64,000 nt of DNA from Lingula anatina (lineage: Eukaryota; Animalia; Brachiopoda): positions 4,898,001 to 4,962,000 of the forward strand of contig CM120649.1 of the NCBI GenBank assembly GCA_051362555.1, read 5' to 3'. Positions 27,010 to 40,547 of the stretch are shown in pieces. The notes beneath the pieces are model-generated. The model made no database searches. It was not told where the DNA came from and saw only the letters and a program-made list of their open reading frames with translations. The translations under genes and the position numbers were made by a program. Numbering within the stretch: the first letter of the stretch is position 1; each line of letters begins with the position of its first letter.

Positions 27010-29121
27010 TCTCTCCCTTTTGTTATTCCGCGGTACAAATCCATGGTTCAAAACGCGTCTATTCTAGGAAACTTTTGTTTCTGTGTTTGCAAATACATAA
27101 AACAGTGTAATGCCACTTTTACACAGGTGGAGCTCTCTGTAGCGGTACTTCGACAAAACGGGTTTAATGCTCTCAGTGGAAGAAATCTGGACAAGGGGGA
27201 CGGTCCCATAATTAATCTTGGAACCGAAAAATCGGTCTTGCCTTAAAGATCGAAAATATAGGTCCACTTGAATGCAGCATACATGTAGATCAATTGTCAT
27301 CTACTAAAAAGAGAACTATTGACCTAAAATACCGACCGTTTTTTTGTTGGTTTCTTTGATTTTTAATTTTCATTTAATTCATTTATCGATTTATTTATTA
27401 AATCTTACTTTACTTTATTTATTTCATCGTTACAAAACAGGTCAAATAGTTTTATTTATACGACTGCAATCTATCTTGATCGAGTCACAGAATGATACAT
27501 ATATAAGGCTGCCGGTTGATAACACATTTCGGTTGAGTTTTAATTTAATTTAATTTAATTTAATTTAATTTAATTTAATTTAATTTAATTTTAATTTAAT
27601 TTAATTTTTTTCTGAAACAGTCCCTATTGTCGCAGAGAAAAGTACCCTGGTAAAAGCAACAATGCTATCTGCATTTAAAAGCGCGTAATATTACCTATAA
27701 CCATTGTGAAAACGTAAAATAAACACATCACATTGCTACTAATCGAAAACCCAGAGCGATTTCTAATTCGCACAATAGGGTACACCTTTTAATTAATTCA
27801 GTCTCAGTATAATGGCACACATACTTAAAGGTCAAGGTGAAAATTACCGAGCGTCTTCGTTCTATTTGTTTAACTGTCGGTAAGTGTTCGAGTTTTCGAG
27901 ATAATGTTTATATGACTGTTAGCGGATGACGAAGATGACGTGAGACTCGTCCATTTTTATGTGCATTTATACCCGAGATACGTCCGCATGATGCAGGTAC
28001 TAATTCTCTTTTTTATGTTTGTGCATAAATAATGGTTTCGGTTTTATTCATTTCAATTCGTCTCCTCGTTTGTCACATGTTTAAATACCGCCCGGAAAGG
28101 TATATCAATACATTCCACATCCCGAAGGTACATTTCTTACACATGATGTTTTTTTCATGTCAACATAGTCTACATGTTCATGTGGCATGTATTCAGTGTC
28201 TAAAATTTAAGATTTATAATAAGTTAAAGCAACCAAGCCCTTCACGGGGTAACATGTTTTAGCAACAAACCATGTATTAAATTGTTCCTTAGTTCAAGGT
28301 TTTCCTGGCCTTACAATTGTGATTAATCTTGTAATGCGTGAGGCAGATTTCAGTGTTATAAATCTCGATTAAAAATGGTCTCTGCCTGTATAAAATCATT
28401 TGACTCAAATTGACAAAAACAATTTCGGAGACCTAAATATTTAGGTGGCTTATGAAAGTCAGATAAAGGTAATGGCGGAGGGGGGATTAGATTAGGGTGT
28501 TTCGTAGAAATACCATAACTTTATCATATATGAGCATCTCATTACTGAGGGCGAATCAGAAGCCGAACTTGCAAACGGTATGGCAAGAATTTGTTTTGTG
28601 GGCATTTGGCTGTTCCAAACGCGGTTTTATGATTTAGAGACTTGCGTATTCTGTAATGATTTACAATAAAAAGCCGAAATTAATTACTTTTTCCACATAC
28701 ACTGTGTTGCACGTTGATGAAAACAATGCTTCTTCTAGGAATTCACGGCAAATCGTCAACTTCTCATTCCACAACAAAGAATGGAAACGATTATGAAACG
28801 ACGACATCAAAACAAGCATTTGACGTGAAGGGGTCGGGCGTTGTAAACAAAACTTGACAGCATGTCAACAGTATCTTCCGTATTTGTTGATTGATTTTAT
28901 TGACGGATATTGGTTTCGAACTCTTCTCGAGATTTCACTTACCGTATAAAGTATGACGCATCGACCGCACATTGGTTAAGTTCTATGTGGGTGACATATC
29001 CCCCCAGGTTGATGAACTTTCTGAACTGTCTCAATTGGCAGATGTCGTCTGCTCTGGCGTACCACACCGACGTCAAAGACATCAGCGTCAACCAATGGAG
29101 GAGAGGCTTTGTGGTATTCAT
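23852..29121 (-). CDS. Secreted cystine-knot hormone-like protein (GPA2/bursicon/CTCK-like, atypical cysteines), 112 aa
   Basis: Coding exons 28943-29121 (acceptor before 29134; donor CG|gtaagt) and 23852-24011 (ttttcag|A), joined by a phase-2 intron. Translation: MNTTKPLLHWLTLMSLTSVWYARA/DDICQLRQFRKFINLGGYVTHIELNQCAVDASYFIRPSVSISGDESGFMESERGCCCTVANYETKVLELGTFRINYRQIKSCKCLPCT*. Signal peptide with an A-x-A cleavage site, 8 Cys, terminal C-x-C-x-x-C. Confidence 0.82.
27540..27606. repeat. (TAATT)n microsatellite
   Basis: Seen directly in the sequence. Confidence 0.9.
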
Positions 29122-31464
29122 GGTAATTCTGTACCTAAAAGGCAATGGTATTTATTTATAAAATAACAAGGGAACTTCCCCGAACACCAAAGGAAAAGTC
29201 ATTGACAATAATAAGACAGACATCAAGAAACCCAGTTTGAATTGAAATTGGAATCACTTACTTCTCTCAAAACTCGGTGTCAATACAAATCAGTTAAGAC
29301 ATTGTAGATACCCTGTACACGTGAAATTTAGCCTCCTTCGTAAAGAAGATGCAATTGATACCACAACCCATAGTTACACCATTATAAAGATAGCGCTATC
29401 AGTTTTGGAGGGGGGGGGGTAGATCATTACACAGGTACACTATAGCCATCTGTTCTCTAATGCGAACGGGTCATCCACAATTAAGTCTATCCGTTGTCTT
29501 TTGATGGAGATCGTTTATTCTGCAAGGCATCGAGGCACTTTTAGAACACTTACTTCTGCCAACAGCTGCTTGTACACATAATGCAAACTATTGAGGACGT
29601 CGCTAGTCTTAAAAATGGCCAATTGAGGATGCATTATCTTTTAAAGCCACGGTAAAGAGAGTGGACAACAGAATCTATGTAATAAGAAATTGAGCGCAGG
29701 TGACTACCTACATTTAAAAAGACCTCAATTTATTTTGAGTGGTTAAGCATCTTTGCAATCACCTCTTGGCCTTATTGTTAAGGTAAATTGTATTTGACAG
29801 TAAAGAAGCGAGGTAGTTTTTCAAGTCACGGATTCGCAGGCATTTGAGAATAAGAACGGTTTTAACTTGCAGCACCGTGCTCTAAGTTCTCATAGATCAA
29901 CAAAACGACACTAAGGGTTATTTAATGTTAACACGGCTGTAAACCACTAAAATCATTAATGCGATTTGAAATCACTCATATTATCAATGACAGATGGTCT
30001 TTATTTGCATCAAGGTATAAAAACACCAGTTTATGTATGTATATCTATGGACCTTGATGCTTATTGCAGACGCCGCAGTGGCAAAACCAGGATCCAGAGA
30101 AGCTGGTGAAGTAGGATAAAAATTACCCCAGTCCTGTTCGTAATAGAAATTGGAGAGAGAAATGAAAACGAAATGGTGTTCAGTGCGACAGGGAGTGATT
30201 TATCTACTACTTGGCGCTCTATAACATCTCTCCGAGTACATCTTGCAAGCTGTACATGTATAAATGCGGCAGACAAAATACAAAACACAAACACCTGTGC
30301 ACTGTGCACCGTTTTTCCAATATAAAGCTTTTCGCAAATTCGTTTGTAGAGAATGCACAAATATGGTAATAAGTTAACATTGCTTACGTTAACGTCAACA
30401 GCAAATATTCTTGGACACACTTACTTACAAAAAAGTGAAGCAGATGCTTTCCTATACCACCCCCCTCAAAAAATAAAAAAAATAAAAAATAAAAATAAAA
30501 AAGAGAGACTGTGAAAAAAAGGTAAGAGTAAATAGATTAATCCTTGTTGACTTCAATTAATACTTAAAATATGTTCTAAAGAACTAAGCACGTGCGCATT
30601 TCAAAACATCGCCAAAATTCTAAAAAAAAAAGACATAGATTTTAGGTTGGGTTGATAACGTGATTCTTTTCATAGCTCCGCGCCAAAACAATAAACAATT
30701 CAGAAGAACTTAAGGAAGCTACACATAATATTCTCAGTCATAGTGGTCTTTCGCAAAAAATAAATATTTCTCTGTACAGGACCCTAGGCCCATTCCAAGG
30801 ATTACTCTCTCGTGATTTCTTGGGAAATAAGTCAAAAGATGACTAAAATAAATGCACACTGAAACGCATAACCATTTCTAATAAATCCCAGCTTCTAATA
30901 AAACTGACAAATATTGAAGAAAAAGGTGTTTCAGTAAATCACGGAAGTCTGTCTCACTTGCCCATTTAGTCATATTCGAATGGTTTCATAGGAATCGATA
31001 CAAAGGCGCTGCGAGAGATAGGAAGGTGTGTCCTAGAAAGCTTTTCTAAACTTCCCGTTTCATGACAAAATTAGTTAGAGATTTCCGTTTCAAGTTTAAT
31101 AACTTATAAGATAACAAGATTCTGTATTTGAATTGATACCAACATCCGTTATCACAAATCAAAGGTATTGGCAATGGCTTATCTTTAAAACAAGGCGTTT
31201 TTGTTGAGGAAGATCACTCATCGTCACAAAAAATCGTCTTTAATGCGTCAACAGGAATCGTACATTAATACCTACGATTTATATTCCTCTAAAAAGGACA
31301 ATCGTTCGCTCCGTCTTTCTATGAACATTTAATCGACGAAAAAGCGAAAAGTTTAGAAAAAATAGATCAAATTAAAATTAAACACTGGTTGTTAAATAGA
31401 AATAATGAAAACAAACTCATCATACCAAAATTCTCTAAGAGCATTTACAAAAATCAATACGTAC

Positions 31465-31609
31465 CTTAGAAATATTCCTGAATTCAGATAAACTGATATC
31501 TTCTGATACCGTAAACTTGTCTAATTTCACAAAATACTTTTTCCTATTCACAACTCGCATCAATCAGTATAAAATCTGAACCAAACACACACGCACATGG
31601 CTTTTTATA
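31465..31609 (-). promoter_or_regulatory. Putative TATA box, Inr and non-coding exon 1 of the cystine-knot gene
   Basis: TATAAAA on the minus strand at 31603-31609, TCAGAT Inr-like motif ~30 nt downstream (~31577), donor AAG|gtacgt at 31464. The next exon (29134) starts with a short UTR before the ATG. Confidence 0.55.
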
Positions 31610-32025
31610 TTTTTGTCCGCAGAACTGAATTATGGGCATTAATATCGCAACACATTTCTTGGTGTGCGAAAGGCCATTAATTACTATAAAATCACGTCGT
31701 ATTCCCCGTTATACGTAGTCCAATTAGACTGACAGCCGCTAACGTTATAGCGATTGTAATGGTCTCGTTTTAAGTGCAAAATCACACGGAGGGAGACGTT
31801 AGGAGTTGGTTAAAACACATGGGAGAGAGCAGGGTTAAACGTAATGGGCTTTAATGGCTTGGAGCTGCCACCGCAACAATAGACAGTGACTGGGAGCTCC
31901 CTTTGATTCCCATATGTTGCCTGGTTAAGGCTGCTAAGCGTGTGTGTGGCCGGGGGTCTCTTACACTGGCTTGCAGCATGCTCTGGTTTTCGTTGTTGCA
32001 CTGATTGCAAAATTTTGAGTCTGAT

Positions 32026-32097
<72 letters not shown>

Positions 32098-32119
32098 GAG
32101 GAGAAAGAGAGATAGAGAG
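32026..32119. repeat. (GA)n microsatellite
   Basis: Seen directly; source of the SL/ER-repeat ORFs. Confidence 0.95.
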
Positions 32120-33512
32120 CAGACAAGGGTAAAGGAGGTAGTGGAACGAAAAACAACAATGACTGATTGGCTTGATGGTTGCATTTCGAAATTTTTGTAG
32201 ACATACATGCTATAATCCCTGCCCGTACATTTACAGAGGCACCAATATTACAACAGGAATACATTTTAACAATTACAGTACATGGTAGATAGTCTTTATA
32301 TTTTGTGTATAGTCCAAACTTTATTTCGTAGAGCTAATGCGATGATCAGTTTAATTGCGTGTTCATATGAAATGTCTACCACGAAAGAGTCCTCAAATGT
32401 AAACACAGTGCAAAAAGTTCACCGCACTATTTGACGCCAAAAAATACATATCCAAGTAATTGTTCTTAACCTTTTTTCTCCCATGAGTCACAGTCAGCTG
32501 TCAATCAAGTTCCCGCCCCATTTAACATAACTATACTTTTTTTAACAGAAATGTCATAAACTACGTAATCATCTTTGCTTTCCTTCCATAAGTGCTTGGT
32601 CTAGCCCCTTACAATCACTTTATGTGCAGTTTTTAATTCCCCGCCCCGTTTCGCCCAAATATAAAGGCAAAGTAACTCCTCGTTTGTCTGAAAACTCGGC
32701 CATCTCGTTACCATGTTAAGGGTGAATCGTTTATGTACTGTTTTTTAACGTTTAAAGAGTGGTTGTTACGTCGTTAAGTGTTAAGAGACACTTATCGGGG
32801 TTAACTGGAGACCTCACAACTTGTTTTAAATGTATGAGTAATGCTAAAAGTTGAAATCCGACGCCAAGGGCACTGGTTTACGAAATAATTGAGGACCGAA
32901 TATGGGTCTTTAATTTAAAGTTAAAAAACTGTAGGATCTCAATGTAATCACAAACCTATTGGTTAAAAAGAAAAAAAAACATTTCCTTTCTAGATAGTTG
33001 CCGACAGTCGAATACTACCAAGTAGACCAAATATTTTGGACTTTATGTCAAGATCACGCCAGTACGGCCGGCCTAAAGAGAGTTGTAAGAAAATAAAAAT
33101 CCACAGCGGATCAGTGTGTAGGGTATCCTCAGAAAGAGTCTTATTTAGTTAAGTCAAACTCTAGTATAAATCAGAAATATAATTTTTTTAATGTAATTTA
33201 ATTTAGGGATACATATGTGATGACTCTGCTTTTGTTTTTTGGCACGCCTTAGAAAATACGTAACCGGAAACGACTAAACGTGATTTTGTACCACGTTTTC
33301 AAATCAAATCAAATTTTAGGACTTCTATTGTGTTATCACTGATTGTATTATTACATGGAATTGTTGTTTAATTTCTATCATTTTTTATTTGAAACCAAAG
33401 GAATGTTACAAAATAACTGTGCCGAAGTCAATGACGTGGTACACGTAGAAGTACGATATACATAGTTGCAATGGACGGTGTTACATAAAGATTTGTAGTT
33501 CGCCCTAATAAC

Positions 33513-33548
<36 letters not shown>

Positions 33549-33690
33549 GAATATCGTTGTTGTTGTCTTTGTTGTTGTTGTATGAATGACCGAAAGGTGC
33601 GGTTTAACTTTCGAAAAGTTTGTCAAACGTGTCCTTATAATCAATTCTCTTCATCTTTTTGTCCATGTAACAAAAAAAAAAAAAAAAAAA

Positions 33691-33733
<43 letters not shown>

Positions 33734-36597
33734 GAAAGAAAGAAAGAAAAATAAAGAAAAATAAAGAAAAATAAATGGAATACATAAATCATAACCGTAT
33801 AGCCTTTGTTTCACAGGCTATTGTATTTTATCATCACTATAATTGTCATCATAGTCTAGTTTATATTGCTATTTTCTTATTATCATCATTCTATTTTGTT
33901 CTTCTGATTTTCAGTATGTTGTATTTATGTCTTATTTTTAATCTACTTTATTAATTTACTGATTACTGTTTCTCTTTTATTCATTGCCAATTATTTTTTA
34001 TCACTAAAAGGGATCATTACGTGTTGACAGCTGATTCAATGACAATTAACTTATCACGGAGTGGGCTTTTAAAATTTCCTAATTTCCAAATTTCATGTTA
34101 TTGCCACATTTATAATGATCTAATTGCATTTCCGCCAAAGAGCCAGTAGAAATGTCACCAAGAATTGGCCAACCCTTTTCTCAACTGCGCACATCTTCAA
34201 ATGACCTCGTTGCACTGGCAGGCGCGGTGGTGAATTCTAGGAGTGGGCAAGCGTTGTTATTATTGTTATTGCGGGCATATGTGATGACCAACATGTGAAT
34301 AGCTTTGATGAATTTTGGGTTCTCTTAATCCCTCGTAGTATACGTACGTGCGTAGATATTTCCACTGATAGGTATGATTTGCTCTTATTGTTGTTAGGAG
34401 TAATGGTGCAGCCAGCATTTGAATCACTTTTGATAAAATATGGATTCTCTCAGTTTTAAGTTCTCGGTGTTGAGAAGGATCTGTTTTTGTGCTTGAAAAT
34501 TGTAATTCAGAAACTAAGTTTACCATTATTTATTCATATGCCATGTCTCTTGGAATTCCCATTTGTAGAAATGCACTCAATTCAATCTGATATACTCTGA
34601 CATTTATTCATCATTAGATTCATTAGCGTTTTCATTATAACAAGTCTTGGTAAATAAATGGCACAGGCATCATATAATTCGCAGATATTGCCAGTCCCCT
34701 CTATATTCCCAAAAGACTACCGGTATAAGATTTTTGAGCGACAGATACTTCCCACATTGGGCTTGCCCTGTGACGTAGTACGTTGGCATGATCATCCTGG
34801 TTAGTGTGACGTCATCCTACAACCATAATAGACGACTGAAGCTTTCAGCCTCCAAAGTGAAGTCAAAACTGTGAAATCCGTTAAATCACCCTGTTTCACA
34901 TTTCAGACGAATTAATCAGAATACAAAGAATGTAAACACCACAGAAATGTGAAACGGTATCCTAAGAATATTTGCCTTGACCTCAGATTCTTTCAATCAA
35001 CGTTCTGAAATTTTGCTTGTCTGCCAATTTTGCCGACTTTGAGGACATAGGAGCAATAAAACACGCACCAGAATGCGCCTGGAATTAATACTGATCTCAT
35101 TAGAAACACAGAACATACATCTCAAAAGCTTTGGAATATTTATTGTTCCGAGAATAAATCATCCATTAAAGGCTGCCATACACTTGGGAGCTCCAACAAC
35201 ATGGCTTTTGTCTGGAAACTGTCTGGTTCGACGTTAGCAATCGGTTTTGGAACCTATACATACACCATAAATATTTATCAAGTACTTGTTCTTGAGGGAA
35301 AGTCATTTCCGTTGATAGAAGAGTCCAAAGGCACCTTGGGCTTTATCTTGTTGGACATTTGCTACTAGTAATTTCCTGATGAGGCTACTACTCTGATGGA
35401 CATTAGTGTGTTTATCTGTCGTTGTACTTTGGGCAATCACCTATTTGTTAAGATCAGTAGTTTAGGTCAATAAAATGGGGTAGGTCATTATAGTAGACAA
35501 AGACTCTTACATACATATTTGGAGACGGATTATTGAAATCAGCCTAAATGCTCAGTAGATCTTATGCTAGTTGTTCTAAAATGCACTGATTAAAATAATT
35601 AAAGTGTGTCTGATTTGACATTGACAGTAAGATAACCGTAATGTATTCTGCAAGTATATATGAACATTGCTTTTTTTATTTTCGTCTTATTTCGATTAAG
35701 ACGCTGCAACCCACTTCCTTAGACAACATAAATAATCAAAACAGATTAGCTAGCCATTTAGTAGGACTGGGTGTCATTTCAGTCACTGGGCAAGTACTTT
35801 GTCATTGCTAAATATATTGAAGGAAAGGCTAAGCATGGGTGGTCCAGTGAATAGTTGGGTCAGGAAATCTATAAACTCCTTTTCAAGCCCTTTTTGTCTT
35901 TTTTTTTTTTTTTTTACAGCCAAGAGATGAATTGACAAGACACTATTCCACCATGGCCAGAAAACCCAAAAACTAGAAACGTAGAACACAAAAGTCTGTT
36001 TAAGGATAGTGACTTTGTCAATGTTGTGAAATTTGATGATATATGGTGAGATATGTTGATTATAGAAAAGTTTTTGCTATACAAATGTCTTATGCATTTT
36101 GTATTACTTTGACATTTTGACTTTCCTTCATAGCGTTGATAACAATGTCTATTTTAGGGTAATATTTTTGGTATTGTAGTAATTTTAAACATAAAGAGAA
36201 CACTAGCAGCAATGGATTTACTAATAACATAATATACATGTACATGTAAAAAGCAAAAAGCACGATGTTATATGGCATGACATTACGATAGCATTCCTCT
36301 TGAAAACAGAACTAATTAATGTCCTATGTTCTATAAACTCATGAATTATCGAAACATAGACAAACATTGTATACAATTGCTCCAACAGTGTTTAATCTAT
36401 AACTGGACTAGCGGATATAAACACAGGGCCAATGATTAGGGCCTGTCAGATTAGGACATCGGGAAGGAAAGATTTAATGTATATAAGGATGGGCACACGC
36501 AGGACGGGTGGCCTTCAGATGGTTGGAGAGCTTCCAGAGATAAAAAAATTAATCTGTATGGCGTCATAGCTGTACGAGGAAGACAGCGAGATTGGAA

Positions 36598-36770
36598 CCG
36601 GTGTGACAGAAATGGCAGTCCTAGGAATGGAAGTCCGGGCTCCCATATAGTTAGTACAGGTTAGGGTTAGTCGGAGTATTGGGATATGGGACGTATGTCA
36701 ACTGTACAAAGTAATGGGGAACAGACTACGGTTCCTAGCGGACTTCCATTACTGTCAACGGCTTGTGATT
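36598..36770. mobile_element. Short unclassified inverted-repeat element with internal GGTTAGGGTTAG
   Basis: ccggtgtgacagaaatgg...aatggaagtccg at the left end, cggacttccattactgtcaacgg at the right end. Confidence 0.5.
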
Positions 36771-36791
36771 CTTACTGTCCCATGCACATTG

Positions 36792-36848
<57 letters not shown>

Positions 36849-37898
36849 GTTTATTAACAAATAAAATAATTGGATTGTACAATAATTATCTTTTTATTAA
36901 TTCATTTATTTGTGTATTACCACCGCAAGGACGAAAGACATAAAAGACCTTACATACATAAAATCGCACACATAATTCACATAATGAGGTCGCATAATCA
37001 AATAGTTCTAATATACGTAATAAAATCATTTTAAAATGTGTCTGGTTAAAACAATTTTATTAAGAGTTGCATTATGCTATATTCGAAGGCACCGACATTA
37101 TATCCTTGGCGGTTTATCAAAAAACTAATACTGTCTGTTAGACCTGAGGACGGAATGTGAGTAGAGAATGACTTTACAGGGTTAACAATATGATTCTTTT
37201 ACATTCATTGAATAGAATTACATAAATAATATTGCTGATTAACAGTTTTAAGATGGAATAAACATTGGATACTTCGAGGACATTCATAAAAGCACAAAGA
37301 CATTCACTTAAAACGCACTAAAATTATTTAATTTTTGTGAGTATTCAGTTCCCATGGTCTGAAATATCTGATAGTTCTCAGTTTTGGTGAGGTATATTTT
37401 TTAGTTCGACGCAGAGTAAATATCTTTTTAGTTGCCTCTGGTAGTAAATGGTGTGTTTTGTGGAGTAATGTCTTTAAGTCACTGTGGTATACACAACTAT
37501 GAGTAGATACATAAACATGTTAAAGATAAGTTAGTGAATAGATCATTCGATCGATATATGGATAGATGAAGAAATGAATTAGTGAAAAAAAAAGCTATTT
37601 GGTCAATAAACCAATCACTTCATTGTCGTATTAATTTATCTTCTTTTGGATGAATCAACGTGCACCTGGCTATAATGCCCTTAATATATGTAATCCATCT
37701 AATACTACAAAAAGATATCTTTAAACGTCTTTAATTATGGCTAGTTTTCGCTCTAAGATACGATTTTAAATGCATTAAAATACACGCATCTGATCAAGTC
37801 AAATATTTGTCACTTCTTTGTAGGAAAATGGTTATTATATTTAATGTTTTTATATGAGAAATATTCATATCTACGCACAATTATTTTTGATTAAGTGA

Positions 37899-37945
<47 letters not shown>

Positions 37946-39152
37946 GTTTGATAATTTTGCTCTATTTGCATGGAAAACATATATTCACAACCTGTGCTGA
38001 CCGGACTGCGTGAAGAAATAAACTAAATTCAGAACAGCTTGCCATTGTTCTTAACAGTCGTGCGGCAATACTTCTTTTACTGGTGCGGTGTACATCCTGT
38101 TTCGAAGCAGTATCCCCCACTAAAATAAATGTTATTTTTCTTAAAAAATGTACGCTGAATAGCATCCTGGTCAATGGAACAACCGCCCAGATGCAAGCGG
38201 TTTCAGGGATTTCCGGAATTATCTAAAACATCCACCAATTGCAGATTGACAGCTTAATATTCTGTTTAGATTTTCCTGGTTTTTCCTCAAACATCGTGAT
38301 GCCCTATTTTCTCCACGTTAATTCATCAAAGTAATTGGAACATTCGAGCTATTTACATACAATAAAAATGAACGGCGATGCATAACCTGTCGATCACTTA
38401 ATTTGTGATTGAATGTAGTTTGTTCTGTCCATTCTACAGTTTCTGATTGAACCAGATTTTAAAAACATAGGAAAAGTTGTATCTCTCATAAAACATTCCT
38501 ACTTGTATCTTTGAAATATAATATAGACAGATCTGAGTCTTGTTGGTGGTATCGTTCCTTATATTAAGCCGCCTGACATATACACAAAATGTAATATTAT
38601 AATATATTATGATTACGTTGTTATGATGTTAAAGCAACAGCACGTGTGATCCAGATTCGCTCTTAACATTTGTAAACTAAAAGTTTACTACTAAAGGTCA
38701 CCGTATTAACGCACATTTCAAACGAAAGGAAAATCACAATTCCATCTGGTGCACGCGATGTGTCTGTATATGAAATATCATTTCGGGCGTCTAGACTTGA
38801 AGGTCGGAGAAACAGGCATGACTGGTCTTACATCGGAGCACTGTGAGCAATGCTTGGTCGATCAGGGCACCCCTATATCACACTACAGGCCACCTCCATC
38901 GATCCAAACGTAATTTTGGGAACAATATTTAAAAATCCATAGAAGCAGGGCGTGGTTATTTGCAGTTTGAATCAGTTAACCAGCAATTATCAAACCTGGA
39001 TTAAGAAAGTAGAAAAGCGAGATGACTATCTTAGGTTTTCTTTCCTTAACAGTGCGTCTTACATAAATTATTTTCTTCAGATTTTACTTTTATTCTTTCA
39101 TTATATTCTTTCACTTTCATTCACGGAATAAGTTACTGAGGGCTAGAGGCAA

Positions 39153-39183
<31 letters not shown>

Positions 39184-40547
39184 GTAAAATTAAATTAACA
39201 AAATGAATAACAAAAACAGTCACACAACGAAAGAAAACATTAGGTACAAAATTATCAATTTTACAAAATGTGAATCAGAAAGGAAAAAATGTAGTTTTTG
39301 GTCAGTCGTCCGTTTAAGAATATCCAATTGCTTTAGTTGTGCCAAGTTTCACAATGAGCAGTGTGTTAGGGCAGATTACAGACACCCCGAGAATCAAATC
39401 ATTTAAAAATGTGTCAATGATAAGGAGAGTGTCCTGGATTTCCAATAAACAAATACCCAAAATATTAAAATTTATTTATGCTGCATAGCACGGTCAAATG
39501 AAAAAAATTGCAAACAACAGCTTTATATTTTTATAAAACAACTTCAAAGACGGTCTTTTCAAGTTCTAGGAGAACTAGTACTCGATAAAGGTACTGGGGT
39601 ATTAGTGGTTAACTGCAAGTAAGGGACATCATCCGAGTCAGCTTAGAATACGTGACGTCAAACGAGAATAAAGACTTACAGCGAGACTGTGCAAGAGGTG
39701 AGGAGTACTTATTAGCAATAACGTGTATATCTATCATCAAAGGAGTAAAATTAATCCCCAGAATATAGGATTAAGTTTATTTTATCAACACATTAAAATT
39801 TGCTGCAGGGTACTATAACCTTGGTATTTGGCCAGATAACACACCGCCACTGACACTTGACTAAGCCGACTTTAAAAGGACTTTTTTTATGACCAATCCC
39901 ATTTAGAACAAATGCAATAACGCAATAATTTTTTCAACTTATTTAATTTTTCAGCTCCCATGTGCATAAATAATCCACTTGCAATTATCAGTATAAAGAT
40001 GTTACTTGCCAATCATTGACGGCATTCGCAAAAATGTAAAAAAGACACCCAACAAAAAACTTATAAAATCAATTAACCGATACGGAGATAAAATCTGTTT
40101 CCAAAACAAATATTACTAACCTCAAGCCGTACCATAAACGTCTCGCAGGTTTCATCGTGTAATGAATTATTGGGTTTTTTTGTCCTTTGTAATACAATGT
40201 AAAATGTGTTTGCGCCAGCTTATTTTATCATTAAAACTGCCATCATTCCATCAAAAACGTGTTTCGTTAAAGCTGAAAAACATACACTGCCACCAAGCGA
40301 CAAAAAAAATAAAAAATTATAGTCTGTCAAAATAATATAAGGAATTAATAAAAGCTGAGTAAAATCTCGCAGAATAAAGTTTTAAGAGAACGCTGGTATA
40401 TTTTTCAAGGTTGACCTTCTCTACTTTTCATATAGCGATTATGCTAGGCCAGCACGTGATTCTTATTTTTAGTTTCAACTGTTCAAATCGTGGTTCACCC
40501 GATACGGAGATGAATTCAATTATTCAAGCTGCGTTCCCTACTTAACA

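Noticed and set aside
25686-27110. Long plus-strand ORFs of 178 aa and 156 aa
   Set aside because: Non-ATG starts, no motif, (CA)n-derived content; antisense within an intron.
31810-33792. ORFs rich in SL, ER, poly-I or poly-N
   Set aside because: Translations of (GA)n and (AAT)n microsatellites.
35150-35360. Two short minus-strand frames (MSNKIKPKVPLDSS..., VPKPIANVEPDSF...)
   Set aside because: The implied intron is only ~32 nt and there is no recognisable homology.
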